Shown here in pieces: positions 27,623-35,671 of a DNA stretch of 53,391 bases. Position 1 is the first letter of the stretch; the number at the start of each line of letters is the position of its first letter. The stretch is taken from the NCBI GenBank assembly GCA_021741765.1, contig JAIOXH010000001.1, positions 1 to 53,391 on the forward strand, given 5' to 3'. The stretch is from Aurantimicrobium sp. GTDB taxonomy: Bacteria; Actinomycetota; Actinomycetes; Actinomycetales; Microbacteriaceae. Below the pieces are notes generated by a model. The model had not been told where the DNA came from. It saw only the letters and a program-made list of their open reading frames with translations, and did not search any database. The position numbers and the translations under genes were made by a program.

Positions 27623-28513
27623 ATGGATGCCTTTGAGTCGTTTCTGAACCTGCCGCCCGGGGTGATGCTGCTCATCATTGCGCTGCCACTTGCCGCGCTG
27701 ATGGCCGGAGCCTTCTATCTTTCCCGGAACCGGGGGCGTGACCTCCAGTCAGCCGACTTTGGCAAGGAGGCCCTGGCCATCATCGCGGGTGGCTTTGTCT
27801 TCGTGGGTGCTTTCGCCATTGTCACGTCGTGGAATCTGCAGTCGTCGATCGCTACGCACGTCACCAACGAATTTGCGGCGGCAACCTCGCTTGCCGAGGA
27901 CATGGGCGACGTCAAGTCGCCCGAGGCGCAGGCGCTGGCTCAGCAACTCGTCACGTATGCCGAGTCGGTGAAAGCTGCCGAACTGGGCTTCTCCGGGGTT
28001 GTCGGCCCGAGCCGCGACGCACAGGCGCAGCTCGCGACAATCCAAGACAGTGTTGTGTCGATTGTCTCCACCACAGCCCTCACGACCTACCAGATCGATA
28101 ACATCTACTCCCATCTTGAAGAACTGAAGGATGCCCGTAAGGTGCGCCTAGCGGTCACACTGCCGAACCTCCCCATTGAGCTCATTTCCCTCATCGTGAT
28201 TTCGGCGGCTCTGTCGCTTGTCGGCGTGAGTCTCTACCCGCCCTCGGATCTCAAGTGGGTCAAGTACTTTTATGCCATTTCGTCACTCGCGGTCGTGAGC
28301 GGACTCATCCTGACCATCTTGGTTCTGCAATCGCCTCGTTACACCGCAACTCAGGTGAGTCATCAACTTGACATGTTCATGAGTTCGGTGACTGGCGGCG
28401 GAGCGAATATCGACAAGGACCAGCCCTCAATGGGCGATGCACCGGCTCCGGGCGAGGGCCCACAGCCAGGCCCTCCCGACGGTTCGGGCAACCCCGCCCC
28501 CGGACAGCCGTAA
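27623..28513 (+). CDS. DUF4239-like membrane protein with a Pro/Gly-rich tail (paralogue B)
   Basis: MDAFESFLNLPPGV...GGFVFVGAFAIVTSWN... parallels paralogue A along its whole length. The tail is APAPGEGPQPGPPDGSGNPAPGQP. An alternative GTG start lies at 27611. Confidence 0.72.
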   Translation: MDAFESFLNLPPGVMLLIIALPLAALMAGAFYLSRNRGRDLQSADFGKEALAIIAGGFVFVGAFAIVTSWNLQSSIATHVTNEFAAATSLAEDMGDVKSPEAQALAQQLVTYAESVKAAELGFSGVVGPSRDAQAQLATIQDSVVSIVSTTALTTYQIDNIYSHLEELKDARKVRLAVTLPNLPIELISLIVISAALSLVGVSLYPPSDLKWVKYFYAISSLAVVSGLILTILVLQSPRYTATQVSHQLDMFMSSVTGGGANIDKDQPSMGDAPAPGEGPQPGPPDGSGNPAPGQP

Positions 28514-28643
28514 CCAAAAGATCAAGGTGGGGCGCCTCAATGTGCCCAAAAACTCCTTGATGTGAACTTCTCAGACGGTAAACTGAATCGACTTAATACT
28601 CATCGATTCGCCCGTTGCTGGAGAAGTGCCTCTGGAGGATTTC

Positions 28644-29282
28644 ATGACGACATCGCGGTCCTTCAGCCTCATCTCCGTGACTCTCGCCGTTGGCCTGGCC
28701 CTCAGCGGTTGCACCACCACGGCGGCGACGCAAGAGGTAGACTCAACGTCCTCAACTGCTCGGCTGGCCGCATGGAAGGACGTATGGGTGTGCATGCTCG
28801 CCCAGGATCCTGCTGCCGCTCCGAGCGTCTTTTTCGGCTCCGAGATGTATCCCGGAACGTACTGGCTGAATGGCAAGACGGGCACGGGCGCCGTCCAGCT
28901 TTCGCCACGGGCGTGGGTGTGTAACTCGTCAATTGAATCTGCGGCCAACGGCAACTGGTTGCCCGACAGCATGGATACATTTGTCACCATTACGTGGCCA
29001 AACGGGAGGCCAGCCCAGTTCGGCATTCAGAACCCTCTCATCGGAACTCCTAAGTTCTACCCTTCGCTGGTTTGTTCTTCGAGTGGACCCAACTGCAGCG
29101 GTGAATCAAAGTTTTCGTTGGACGAGGGTGACACGTTCGCCTGCAGCACCGCCGGTTTTGATTTCACCATCAAAAGGAATACAGACACGTCCGACTTCAA
29201 GTATTTCGAGATTGTCTTTGGGTCACCGAGCGAAATCACCGACGACTTTGATTTTGAAAGCCCCCTATGCACCAAAAGGTAG
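28644..29282 (+). CDS. Lipoprotein, divergent member (L1) of a four-gene paralogous family
   Basis: ATG after GGAGGA. Signal peptide plus lipobox LALSGC. The C-terminal motif KRNTDTSDFKYFEIVF is shared with L2-L4. Confidence 0.72.
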   Translation: MTTSRSFSLISVTLAVGLALSGCTTTAATQEVDSTSSTARLAAWKDVWVCMLAQDPAAAPSVFFGSEMYPGTYWLNGKTGTGAVQLSPRAWVCNSSIESAANGNWLPDSMDTFVTITWPNGRPAQFGIQNPLIGTPKFYPSLVCSSSGPNCSGESKFSLDEGDTFACSTAGFDFTIKRNTDTSDFKYFEIVFGSPSEITDDFDFESPLCTKR

Positions 29283-29833
29283 TGGTGGCAGCCGTCGGGG
29301 CTCTGCTGACGACGGTTTCGTTGATCACGGCCGGTTGTGGGCTCCAGCCCGCAGCGCAGTCAGAGACCGACAACACAGTATCCCGCGAAGCCTTGGGCCG
29401 TGACGAGCGACTGTGTGTCACCAATAACACGGGAATGACCGTCAAGATTCTGTGGTCGTACGAGGACACCAAGGAACCATTGGCCAACGATCTGCTCACG
29501 GCCGGGGCTACGAACTGTGCAGCGGGCTCAAACACCGGTGCTTTTGGCCTCACCGTGAGAGTCCGCTGGAACGACAGGCTTTCACAGATGTTTACCGTCT
29601 ATAACCCGTCAGTGGGTACACCTCAAGTAGTCGTGGACAGCGACAAACAGTCGGCCATGGACGTCACGAGATGCGGGCAGGTTTATGGCTGGACGGGTGT
29701 CAACTACTGCAGCCAATCGCTCGAGATCAACCAATCCAAAACGTATGGAGCCTATGGCTGGCACGAATCGGTGCTCGCGCGTATCGGCGATTCCGCAAAC
29801 TACAAGGAATTCACTCTTTCCTTGAACCGATAA
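29267..29833 (+). CDS. Lipoprotein L2 of the paralogous family
   Basis: Lipobox ITAGC. Motifs LCVTNNTGMTVKILW and RIGDSANYKEFTLSL. Four mature-region Cys. Confidence 0.75.
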   Translation: MHQKVVVAAVGALLTTVSLITAGCGLQPAAQSETDNTVSREALGRDERLCVTNNTGMTVKILWSYEDTKEPLANDLLTAGATNCAAGSNTGAFGLTVRVRWNDRLSQMFTVYNPSVGTPQVVVDSDKQSAMDVTRCGQVYGWTGVNYCSQSLEINQSKTYGAYGWHESVLARIGDSANYKEFTLSLNR

Positions 29834-29843
29834 TCGATTCCCA

Positions 29844-30452
29844 ATGAAGAGGAGCATCGTGAGCACGAGAACGAGAAGCGCAGTAATCGCCTTGGCACTG
29901 GCCGCTCTCGTTCTTTCCGGTTGTGCTTCGGGCGCAGCCGGACCCGCCCCCGCTTCGCCCTCAACCGATTCCGAGCGCGAAGCGTCACTCCGTGGCACCG
30001 AGGTCTGCGTCCAGAACAATTCCGCCATGAACATGCGCATCACCTGGCTAGGGTTTGCCACGCCGAAGGCGTTGCCCCCGGCGGGACGAGAGTGCCACAG
30101 CGGTTATGTATCCGGGGGGAAACCCGACGTTCAGGCGACAATCGAATACGAGCCGGTGTCTTCTTCCAACACGTGGCTCACGATGGGGCTGTGGGCCACA
30201 AATCCGTGGTCGGCACGGCCGCAAGCGGCAACGTGGTTTGCCAAAGGCGAAAAGAAATATGGGATGTGCGGAGGCTTTGACGTCGAAGAGATGTATTCGT
30301 TCACGGCCGATGACATTTCTGCGCAACTGACCCGAATCGCCGATACAGCTGACAACAAAAAATTCGTTCTCAACCTCACCGATTCAGAGGGACGTGCTGA
30401 CCTCCCAGACGTGACCGAGTGCGTCAAGGAACCCTCGCCCGATCCCCTCTAA
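29844..30452 (+). CDS. Lipoprotein L3 of the paralogous family
   Basis: Lipobox VLSGC. Motifs VCVQNNSAMNMRITW and RIADTADNKKFVLNL. Four mature-region Cys. Confidence 0.75.
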   Translation: MKRSIVSTRTRSAVIALALAALVLSGCASGAAGPAPASPSTDSEREASLRGTEVCVQNNSAMNMRITWLGFATPKALPPAGRECHSGYVSGGKPDVQATIEYEPVSSSNTWLTMGLWATNPWSARPQAATWFAKGEKKYGMCGGFDVEEMYSFTADDISAQLTRIADTADNKKFVLNLTDSEGRADLPDVTECVKEPSPDPL

Positions 30453-30504
30453 TGCTCTCAACAATTCAATCCCGCTCACGAATCCTGAAAGTAGGAAACC
30501 CAAT

Positions 30505-31071
30505 ATGAAGAATGCACGTCGATCCGTAGTTGCCGGGATGGGCATGGTTCTGGTTTCGGTGGTACTCGCCGCATGTGCACCCATGCCTGCGGACGACACC
30601 GAGCGCCAAGCGTCGCGCCTCGATTCGCGTCTCTGCATCCGCAATGACACGTCCATGCAGATGCGCGTGCAGTGGCGCGGTTATCCGGCGCCTAGCGACA
30701 TCGCACGAGGGGAGACCACGTGCAACACCGGGTACGAAACGTTGTATTCCGATGTCGAGGCAACAATTGAGTATGAACCTGAAGATGATCCAGGCAACTG
30801 GCTTTCACTCACCGCCTTAGCCGATAACCGTGTTCTCGGACTTCCCCAGGGGGCCGTGTATTACGAGCAGCAGGATTATAAGTACGGCGTTTGCGAAAAC
30901 TTCTTTGTGGGCGACACCCACACGTTCCAGAACTTCATCTTCCGCGCCGACTTGACACGTCAGGATGATTCCGCCGACCACAAAGAGTTCTCCCTCACAA
31001 TTTCCGGTCCCAATGGGCGAAACCCAGCGCGTGAAGTATCCGGCTGTCTAAAGCCCAAAATCCCAGACTGA
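30505..31071 (+). CDS. Lipoprotein L4 of the paralogous family
   Basis: Lipobox VLAAC. Motifs LCIRNDTSMQMRVQW, ATIEYEP (shared with L3) and RQDDSADHKEFSLTI. Four mature-region Cys. Confidence 0.75.
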   Translation: MKNARRSVVAGMGMVLVSVVLAACAPMPADDTERQASRLDSRLCIRNDTSMQMRVQWRGYPAPSDIARGETTCNTGYETLYSDVEATIEYEPEDDPGNWLSLTALADNRVLGLPQGAVYYEQQDYKYGVCENFFVGDTHTFQNFIFRADLTRQDDSADHKEFSLTISGPNGRNPAREVSGCLKPKIPD

Positions 31072-31119
31072 GCAAACCGTCCTATGGCGAAAGGAAAGCG
31101 GCCTCTATGCGTCTCCTCG

Positions 31120-31917
31120 TCATCCAAAGAGCGGCGGCGAAACCGGCCATTCGGCGGCTACGGGAGAATCGTCACCCTCGGCAATGGGGTGCCAAATCAT
31201 GTAGATCCACGAGGTGCGGTCGAAAACCTTAGTGGCGGCATATTCCGCACCAAGCTTCTCTCCCAGCGACGGTAGAGACTCAACACGCCGCAGTTCGGGT
31301 GAGTTGGCGCCATCGTTGGCAGTCGCAACGTCGGCATCAAATGCGGTGACGATTCCAATTTGCGGGTGGATGGGATCAGAGCCGAGTAGCAGCCACACCG
31401 ATGTGGCGCCAGACTCCATTGCGGCCCCCCTGATTTTTGGCCACCACGACGCCGTAAAGTCGCTCAGCGAGGGTGCTTGCAGGGCATGCCAGCGTTCCAC
31501 CCGCATCACCTTCTGGCTTTCTACCCCGGCAAAATCCTCGATGCCCGCAACGTGCCAGAGCTGTGAGCGCGGCTCCAGAAACTCGGGGCGGTCAAGAAAA
31601 AGCGTCTCGCCATCGAGCTTGAACTGGTTGGCGCACCAGTCGCCATAGGCTGCGGCCTCTGCGTGGGTGGCAAAGGCATAGGTTCCCCCGCAGAAGACTC
31701 CACTCGCGTCGATGCGCAGCGGTAACAGTTTGCGAAGCATGCCCGGTCGTGCGGCCATGACGAGCCTGTCGGCCTCGATGTAAGAGGGAACCTCGGGCGC
31801 TATGTCGTGGCCGGGAAACTGGAACTCATCGCTGAAGACAGCGGTTGCCTCGGACAAATCACGATGATAGCTACTCGTGAGATTACCGGCCGATTCAGAT
31901 TCGTTTGATGTCGTCAT
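31120..31917 (-). CDS. Hypothetical cytoplasmic protein (265 aa) with no domain I recognise
   Basis: ATG-initiated ORF with coding-like composition and no signal peptide or TM segment. Convergent with the lipoprotein cluster. Confidence 0.6.
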   Translation of the reverse strand: MTTSNESESAGNLTSSYHRDLSEATAVFSDEFQFPGHDIAPEVPSYIEADRLVMAARPGMLRKLLPLRIDASGVFCGGTYAFATHAEAAAYGDWCANQFKLDGETLFLDRPEFLEPRSQLWHVAGIEDFAGVESQKVMRVERWHALQAPSLSDFTASWWPKIRGAAMESGATSVWLLLGSDPIHPQIGIVTAFDADVATANDGANSPELRRVESLPSLGEKLGAEYAATKVFDRTSWIYMIWHPIAEGDDSPVAAEWPVSPPLFG

Positions 31918-31942
31918 GACGTATTCGCCCTTTCAGGACTAC

Positions 31943-31966
31943 GTTAGGGGCCCAGTTAGGGGCCCA
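31943..31966. repeat. Perfect 12-bp tandem duplication (GTTAGGGGCCCA x2, plus a partial third GTT) spanning the yqhA-like stop codon
   Basis: On the minus strand it reads ...AAA CTG GGC CCC TAA CTG GGC CCC TAA, so the last three codons plus the stop are duplicated. Confidence 0.8.
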
Positions 31967-32438
31967 GTTTGGTCTTCGGGCCGCCACCCTTACGAGACGC
32001 CCAAGCAAAGGCGGCTAGAGCGATAACCAGCGCCCCCGAACCAATGCCGTAGGCCATCACCTCATCCGCGCGGTTGACGTCAACAAACACACCGACAAAG
32101 ACCACGGCGATGATGGCTACGACCACGCCGATGAGCTTTGACTTCAGATCGTCGAGGTCCTTGACGCGCAACCATGCGGGAACCGGAATCTCGGAGTCAA
32201 TGAAGAGTTCGTAGAGACCGTATCCAATGACCAGGAGTACCGTGCCGAGCAAGATGGCGTCAACGGCAGTTAACACATCAACGATTGATTCTTTGAGCAC
32301 GTAATCGGAAACGATGGCCTTGTAGACGACAATGCCCATCTCAATCGAACCTTGGATCATGAGCAACAAAGCACCGATGATCGAGGCGATGGCGGGAACG
32401 AAGACGGCGTACCGGGTTATTCCGAGGATTTTAGGCAT
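31956..32438 (-). CDS. YqhA-family (UPF0114) membrane protein
   Basis: 160 aa. ITRYAVFVPAIASIIGALLLM...LLGTVLLVIGYGLYELFI...LKSKLIGVVV fits the YqhA family pattern as I recall it. Confidence 0.75.
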   Translation of the reverse strand: MPKILGITRYAVFVPAIASIIGALLLMIQGSIEMGIVVYKAIVSDYVLKESIVDVLTAVDAILLGTVLLVIGYGLYELFIDSEIPVPAWLRVKDLDDLKSKLIGVVVAIIAVVFVGVFVDVNRADEVMAYGIGSGALVIALAAFAWASRKGGGPKTKLGP

Positions 32439-32533
32439 GAGTCGAGTTTATCGTCCGCGTTTACGCCTACACGAGGGCCAGGTTCGGCTGATGTTGGCAA
32501 ACTTTGCGAGAAATTGCTGATGCTTTCAGCCGG

Positions 32534-33586
32534 TTACGTTTCTTTCACGCTGGCGTTGAGGGCAGAAATCGCATCCACGGCATCGACCAGTGCAGTCTGC
32601 TCCTCGGGCGAGATTTCCTCAGGAACAACCTGGCTCCAACCGGTGGGATCGGTGAGCACGGGCACGGCCACCGGGCCGTGAAGTCCCGGCCAGTCGCCGT
32701 CAATAAGTACCTGCGCGGGAATCGCCATTTTCATTCCGCTCCCAATGAAGCCCACCACGTCCGTCACGGCGTGCGCGGTGGCTAGCTCAGTTGTTCGTCC
32801 CGCGGTGAAGTGTGTGAAAAACGGCTTTATGGCAGCTCGAACGTCGGGCAGTTGTGCCTGCACGAAGGCATATGCGGCAGGAACGTCGTCGCGTTCAATG
32901 AGCGACAACGCGTGGGCGCGGGCTACACGAATTTCCTCGGGGAGGTCGCTGAGCTTGCGATCCTGGGTGGCGCGGCCAAGGAGGTCGTCTACGAGGCTCT
33001 GTTTGGCGCCGCGCACACGAATGGTGCTCCACATGGGCACAAGATGGTCGCCGTGTTGCCCCCACATTTCTGCATCGACCATTGGTCGCGTTACGCCCAG
33101 ATCGGCAGCAATCTCACGGCGAAAGCGGAGCGAGTCTGACCAGGCTGCTGCGCCCAGAATCCGATTCCGACTCACAACGCCGGAGAAAACGTCCAAGGCG
33201 AGTTCAACCGGATTCGATTGCACGATCACAATTGGTTCGGCGTTCATGCGAGCCACGTCGGCAGCCGACTCGACGAAAATCGCGTGATTTAATTCGGCCA
33301 GTTGGCTGCGGTCGGAGGCTAGGCTGGAGATGGTGGCACCCGCCATCATGACCACGATGTCTGCGTGGCTCTCCGCCACATTCGTGCCCACCTCGATTCG
33401 CGGTGCACGATCAGCAAACGCATCGTGCAGGTCGGCGCGTAAGCCCCAGAGCTCCATCTCGTGCGCGCCACCGGCATGACCGATGAGATCAAGTGCTCCG
33501 TCGGGCGGAAGAATTCCCCGTGCCAAAATTTGAGCAGCCACTTGGCGACCGCAGCTACCGGTTGCCCCGATGATGGCAAGCTTCAT
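32534..33586 (-). CDS. Lactate/malate dehydrogenase-family 2-hydroxyacid dehydrogenase-like protein
   Basis: MKLAIIGATGSCG (Rossmann), IVVQSNPVE, SDSLRFRREIA (substrate Arg region, compare LDSARFR) and GQHGDHLVPMWS (catalytic His region, compare GEHGDS). I prefer ATG 33586 over the TTG at 33616. Confidence 0.8.
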   Translation of the reverse strand: MKLAIIGATGSCGRQVAAQILARGILPPDGALDLIGHAGGAHEMELWGLRADLHDAFADRAPRIEVGTNVAESHADIVVMMAGATISSLASDRSQLAELNHAIFVESAADVARMNAEPIVIVQSNPVELALDVFSGVVSRNRILGAAAWSDSLRFRREIAADLGVTRPMVDAEMWGQHGDHLVPMWSTIRVRGAKQSLVDDLLGRATQDRKLSDLPEEIRVARAHALSLIERDDVPAAYAFVQAQLPDVRAAIKPFFTHFTAGRTTELATAHAVTDVVGFIGSGMKMAIPAQVLIDGDWPGLHGPVAVPVLTDPTGWSQVVPEEISPEEQTALVDAVDAISALNASVKET

Positions 33587-33625
33587 GTCAGGTACTGTCT
33601 CTCTGGTTTGGGGCAAAAAACCGGA

Positions 33626-34909
33626 CTAAAGCCGGCCGAGCCTCTCGATGTCTTGCTCGAACTCCTCGATGGCCTCGTCGCTCACTGTTTGTCGGGTGTC
33701 TCCGATGGCCCACAGGTAGTGTTCGGTCTTCGTCGTTGAGGAATCTTTGGTGGCAACCTTGCTCTCATAAACCGACTGTTCCAAGGCCCGCTGGGAGGCT
33801 TTGCGGGCGGCGTACTCGATATCGGCCGGCGAGAAGCCGGCCGTGCGCTTCACCAACTCCGAAAGGTCAATCGTGCCGACAGCCGATGCAGGAATGTAGC
33901 GGGTCCAAATCGACTCGCGCGCCTCGGCATCCGGCAGGCCAATGGGAATGACGTAATCAAACCGACCGTGCCGCAGGAAGGCGTCATCCAGCGCGCGGAT
34001 GTAGTTCGTCGCGACAACCAAAAGTCGTCCGGGCTTTTCTCTAAAACTCGGAATCAGCTTGAGCAGCTCGTTCGTCACACCCTGAGTGGGGGAGGGGGGA
34101 TCGCCTTTGCGTTTCGACGCGATCTCTTCTACCTCGTCAATAAACACGACGACGTTTTCGAGTTCGTCAACAGAGGTGAAGACGTCTCTCAGCCCGCCCG
34201 CCACGCCATTCTTGTCGCCCCCCAAGCGAGACGGGAAAAACTCGATGAAGGGCCAGTCCAGTCGAGACGCCACGGCCTTAGCGAACGTGGTCTTTCCCGT
34301 TCCCGGCGGGCCAAACAGCACGATTGCTTTGGGTGGCTCGACCCCGAAGGCTTCGGCCAACTTGGAATCCGAGAGAGGTAGCACGAGTCGTCGCTCGAGC
34401 AGCTCCTTCTCGTTTTTCATTCCGGCGATTTTGTCCCAGAGGTCACGTTCCAGCACGCGACCGCCCAGGTCTCGCAACAGCTCGCGCTCGCGCTCACTCA
34501 CCGACACTTCGCGCTCAAAGTACTTGAGGTGCTTGAGGTCGATAAAGCCTGCCTTTTCGAGCACACCGCTCTTGCCGTCATCGGCGACCAGCATGGAGAG
34601 TTTGGTGATTCCCGACTTGGCCATGTCAACTTCAAGCTCGCCCAGAAGCCGTCCGCCAATGCCCAATCCGCGGTAGTTCTCATCCACAACCAGCAGAACG
34701 ACCCAGCCTTGCTCGTGGGCAACACGACCTACCGCCACGCCGATGATGGATGTCGAATCGTAGGCAACGATCGCGTGGTCTTCGTTGCACGAGGCCAATA
34801 CTTCGGCAAGCGAATAGACCGGCTCGAAGCCGGTACTTCGCGATTTATCCCAGAGCGCCAGAACGGCGTCGGTGTCTACCGGTTGAAAATTCCTAAACCT
34901 CGTGCTCAT
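33626..34909 (-). CDS. GNAT N-acetyltransferase domain fused to a single classic AAA+ ATPase domain
   Basis: GNAT motif A YRGLGIGGRLL in the first ~150 aa. Then Walker A GPPGTGKT, Walker B VVFIDEVE, and the second region of homology ATNYIRALDDAFLRHGRFD. ATG 34909 lies 8 nt after GAGGA; ATG 34918 is the alternative. Confidence 0.85.
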   Translation of the reverse strand: MSTRFRNFQPVDTDAVLALWDKSRSTGFEPVYSLAEVLASCNEDHAIVAYDSTSIIGVAVGRVAHEQGWVVLLVVDENYRGLGIGGRLLGELEVDMAKSGITKLSMLVADDGKSGVLEKAGFIDLKHLKYFEREVSVSERERELLRDLGGRVLERDLWDKIAGMKNEKELLERRLVLPLSDSKLAEAFGVEPPKAIVLFGPPGTGKTTFAKAVASRLDWPFIEFFPSRLGGDKNGVAGGLRDVFTSVDELENVVVFIDEVEEIASKRKGDPPSPTQGVTNELLKLIPSFREKPGRLLVVATNYIRALDDAFLRHGRFDYVIPIGLPDAEARESIWTRYIPASAVGTIDLSELVKRTAGFSPADIEYAARKASQRALEQSVYESKVATKDSSTTKTEHYLWAIGDTRQTVSDEAIEEFEQDIERLGRL

Positions 34910-34947
34910 CGCGCACATCCTCTAGAGAAGCCCATTCTTAAATGTAG

Positions 34948-34986
34948 CGTGCTCGCCCGGTGTTGGCTCGAACCCGCGGAAGGCAC
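34948..34986 (-). other. tRNA-3'-half-like fragment, not a functional tRNA
   Basis: The minus strand contains ...CCGCGGGTTCGAGCCAACACCGGGCGAGCACG, with a GGTTCGAGCC T-loop-like core. No complementary T-stem or acceptor stem can be drawn. Confidence 0.3.
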
Positions 34987-35003
34987 TCTCGTTTACTGAG
35001 TGA

Positions 35004-35474
35004 CTAACTCGCCTGTTTTCTACTCGCCCGCTTGCTGATCAGCGACAGGCCGAGCAGGATCACCAGCACAAAGAACGTCGGCCAGTTGAGGGCTTCACCC
35101 GGGGGAGTGCGCGTACTTTCGACGGCACCCATCTGTCCGGCCAGCGCGCGCATGGGCGCATCGAGGCAGAGAAACAGAATGATGAGTGGCGTCAGGCCCT
35201 TGTAGGCGAAGAACAAAACGAGCATGAGGCCCACCAGAAGGAGCTGGATGGCTCCCCACTGGTGAAAGATGGCAATGATGTTGTTGCCGCCTGCAACGCT
35301 CGTATCAATGCCGGCGATGGTTCCCGCCCCGCCATCGGGCGAAAAGACGTGGATACCACTGCGCGCCACGACGATGATCAAGAAGACGAACGTGATGATC
35401 CTGACGAACAGGTACCCCCGGTACTCCTTCGGGTTCTTTGGCAAAAGCGCGTTCGCCATGGCAGTGCCTTTCAT
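35004..35474 (-). CDS. Hypothetical membrane protein (156 aa, about 4 TM)
   Basis: Hydrophobic segments: FVRIITFVFLIIVVA, LLLVGLMLVLFFA, LIILFLCL, FFVLVILLGLSLI. I recognise no family. Confidence 0.6.
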   Translation of the reverse strand: MKGTAMANALLPKNPKEYRGYLFVRIITFVFLIIVVARSGIHVFSPDGGAGTIAGIDTSVAGGNNIIAIFHQWGAIQLLLVGLMLVLFFAYKGLTPLIILFLCLDAPMRALAGQMGAVESTRTPPGEALNWPTFFVLVILLGLSLISKRASRKQAS

Positions 35475-35479
35475 GTCAG

Positions 35480-35569
35480 CCGTGCCCGCTCGGTGCGGAC
35501 TCGACTCCCCAGCCTAGGACTGTGGAACCGTGCCCTCGGTGCGGACTGAACTCCCCAGCCTAGGACTGT
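35480..35569. repeat. Two tandem direct repeats (44 and 42 nt, 48-bp period) resembling the 3' end of the adjacent tRNA-Arg
   Basis: Copy A is at 35480-35523: CCGTGCCCGCTCGGTGCGGACTCGACTCCCCAGCCTAGGACTGT. Copy B is at 35528-35569: CCGTGCCCTCGGTGCGGACTGAACTCCCCAGCCTAGGACTGT. CGTGCCCTCGG is identical to 35670-35680 at the tRNA-Arg 3' end, and similarity continues through GGACTCGA(A)C. Confidence 0.85.
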
Positions 35570-35671
35570 CGAAGCTGGCGCTTCGCCAGTAACCGGCGGC
35601 TGTGGGCCCACGAGCAGGTTCTCGATCTACCAACGCCACGAATCGCACCGGCATGAGCCGGCTTCGATTCG

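Noticed and set aside
34948-35012. Candidate additional tRNA gene (GGTTCGAGCC T-loop-like core)
   Set aside because: No acceptor stem, D-arm or complementary T-stem can be drawn by hand. Kept only as a possible tRNA-derived relic.
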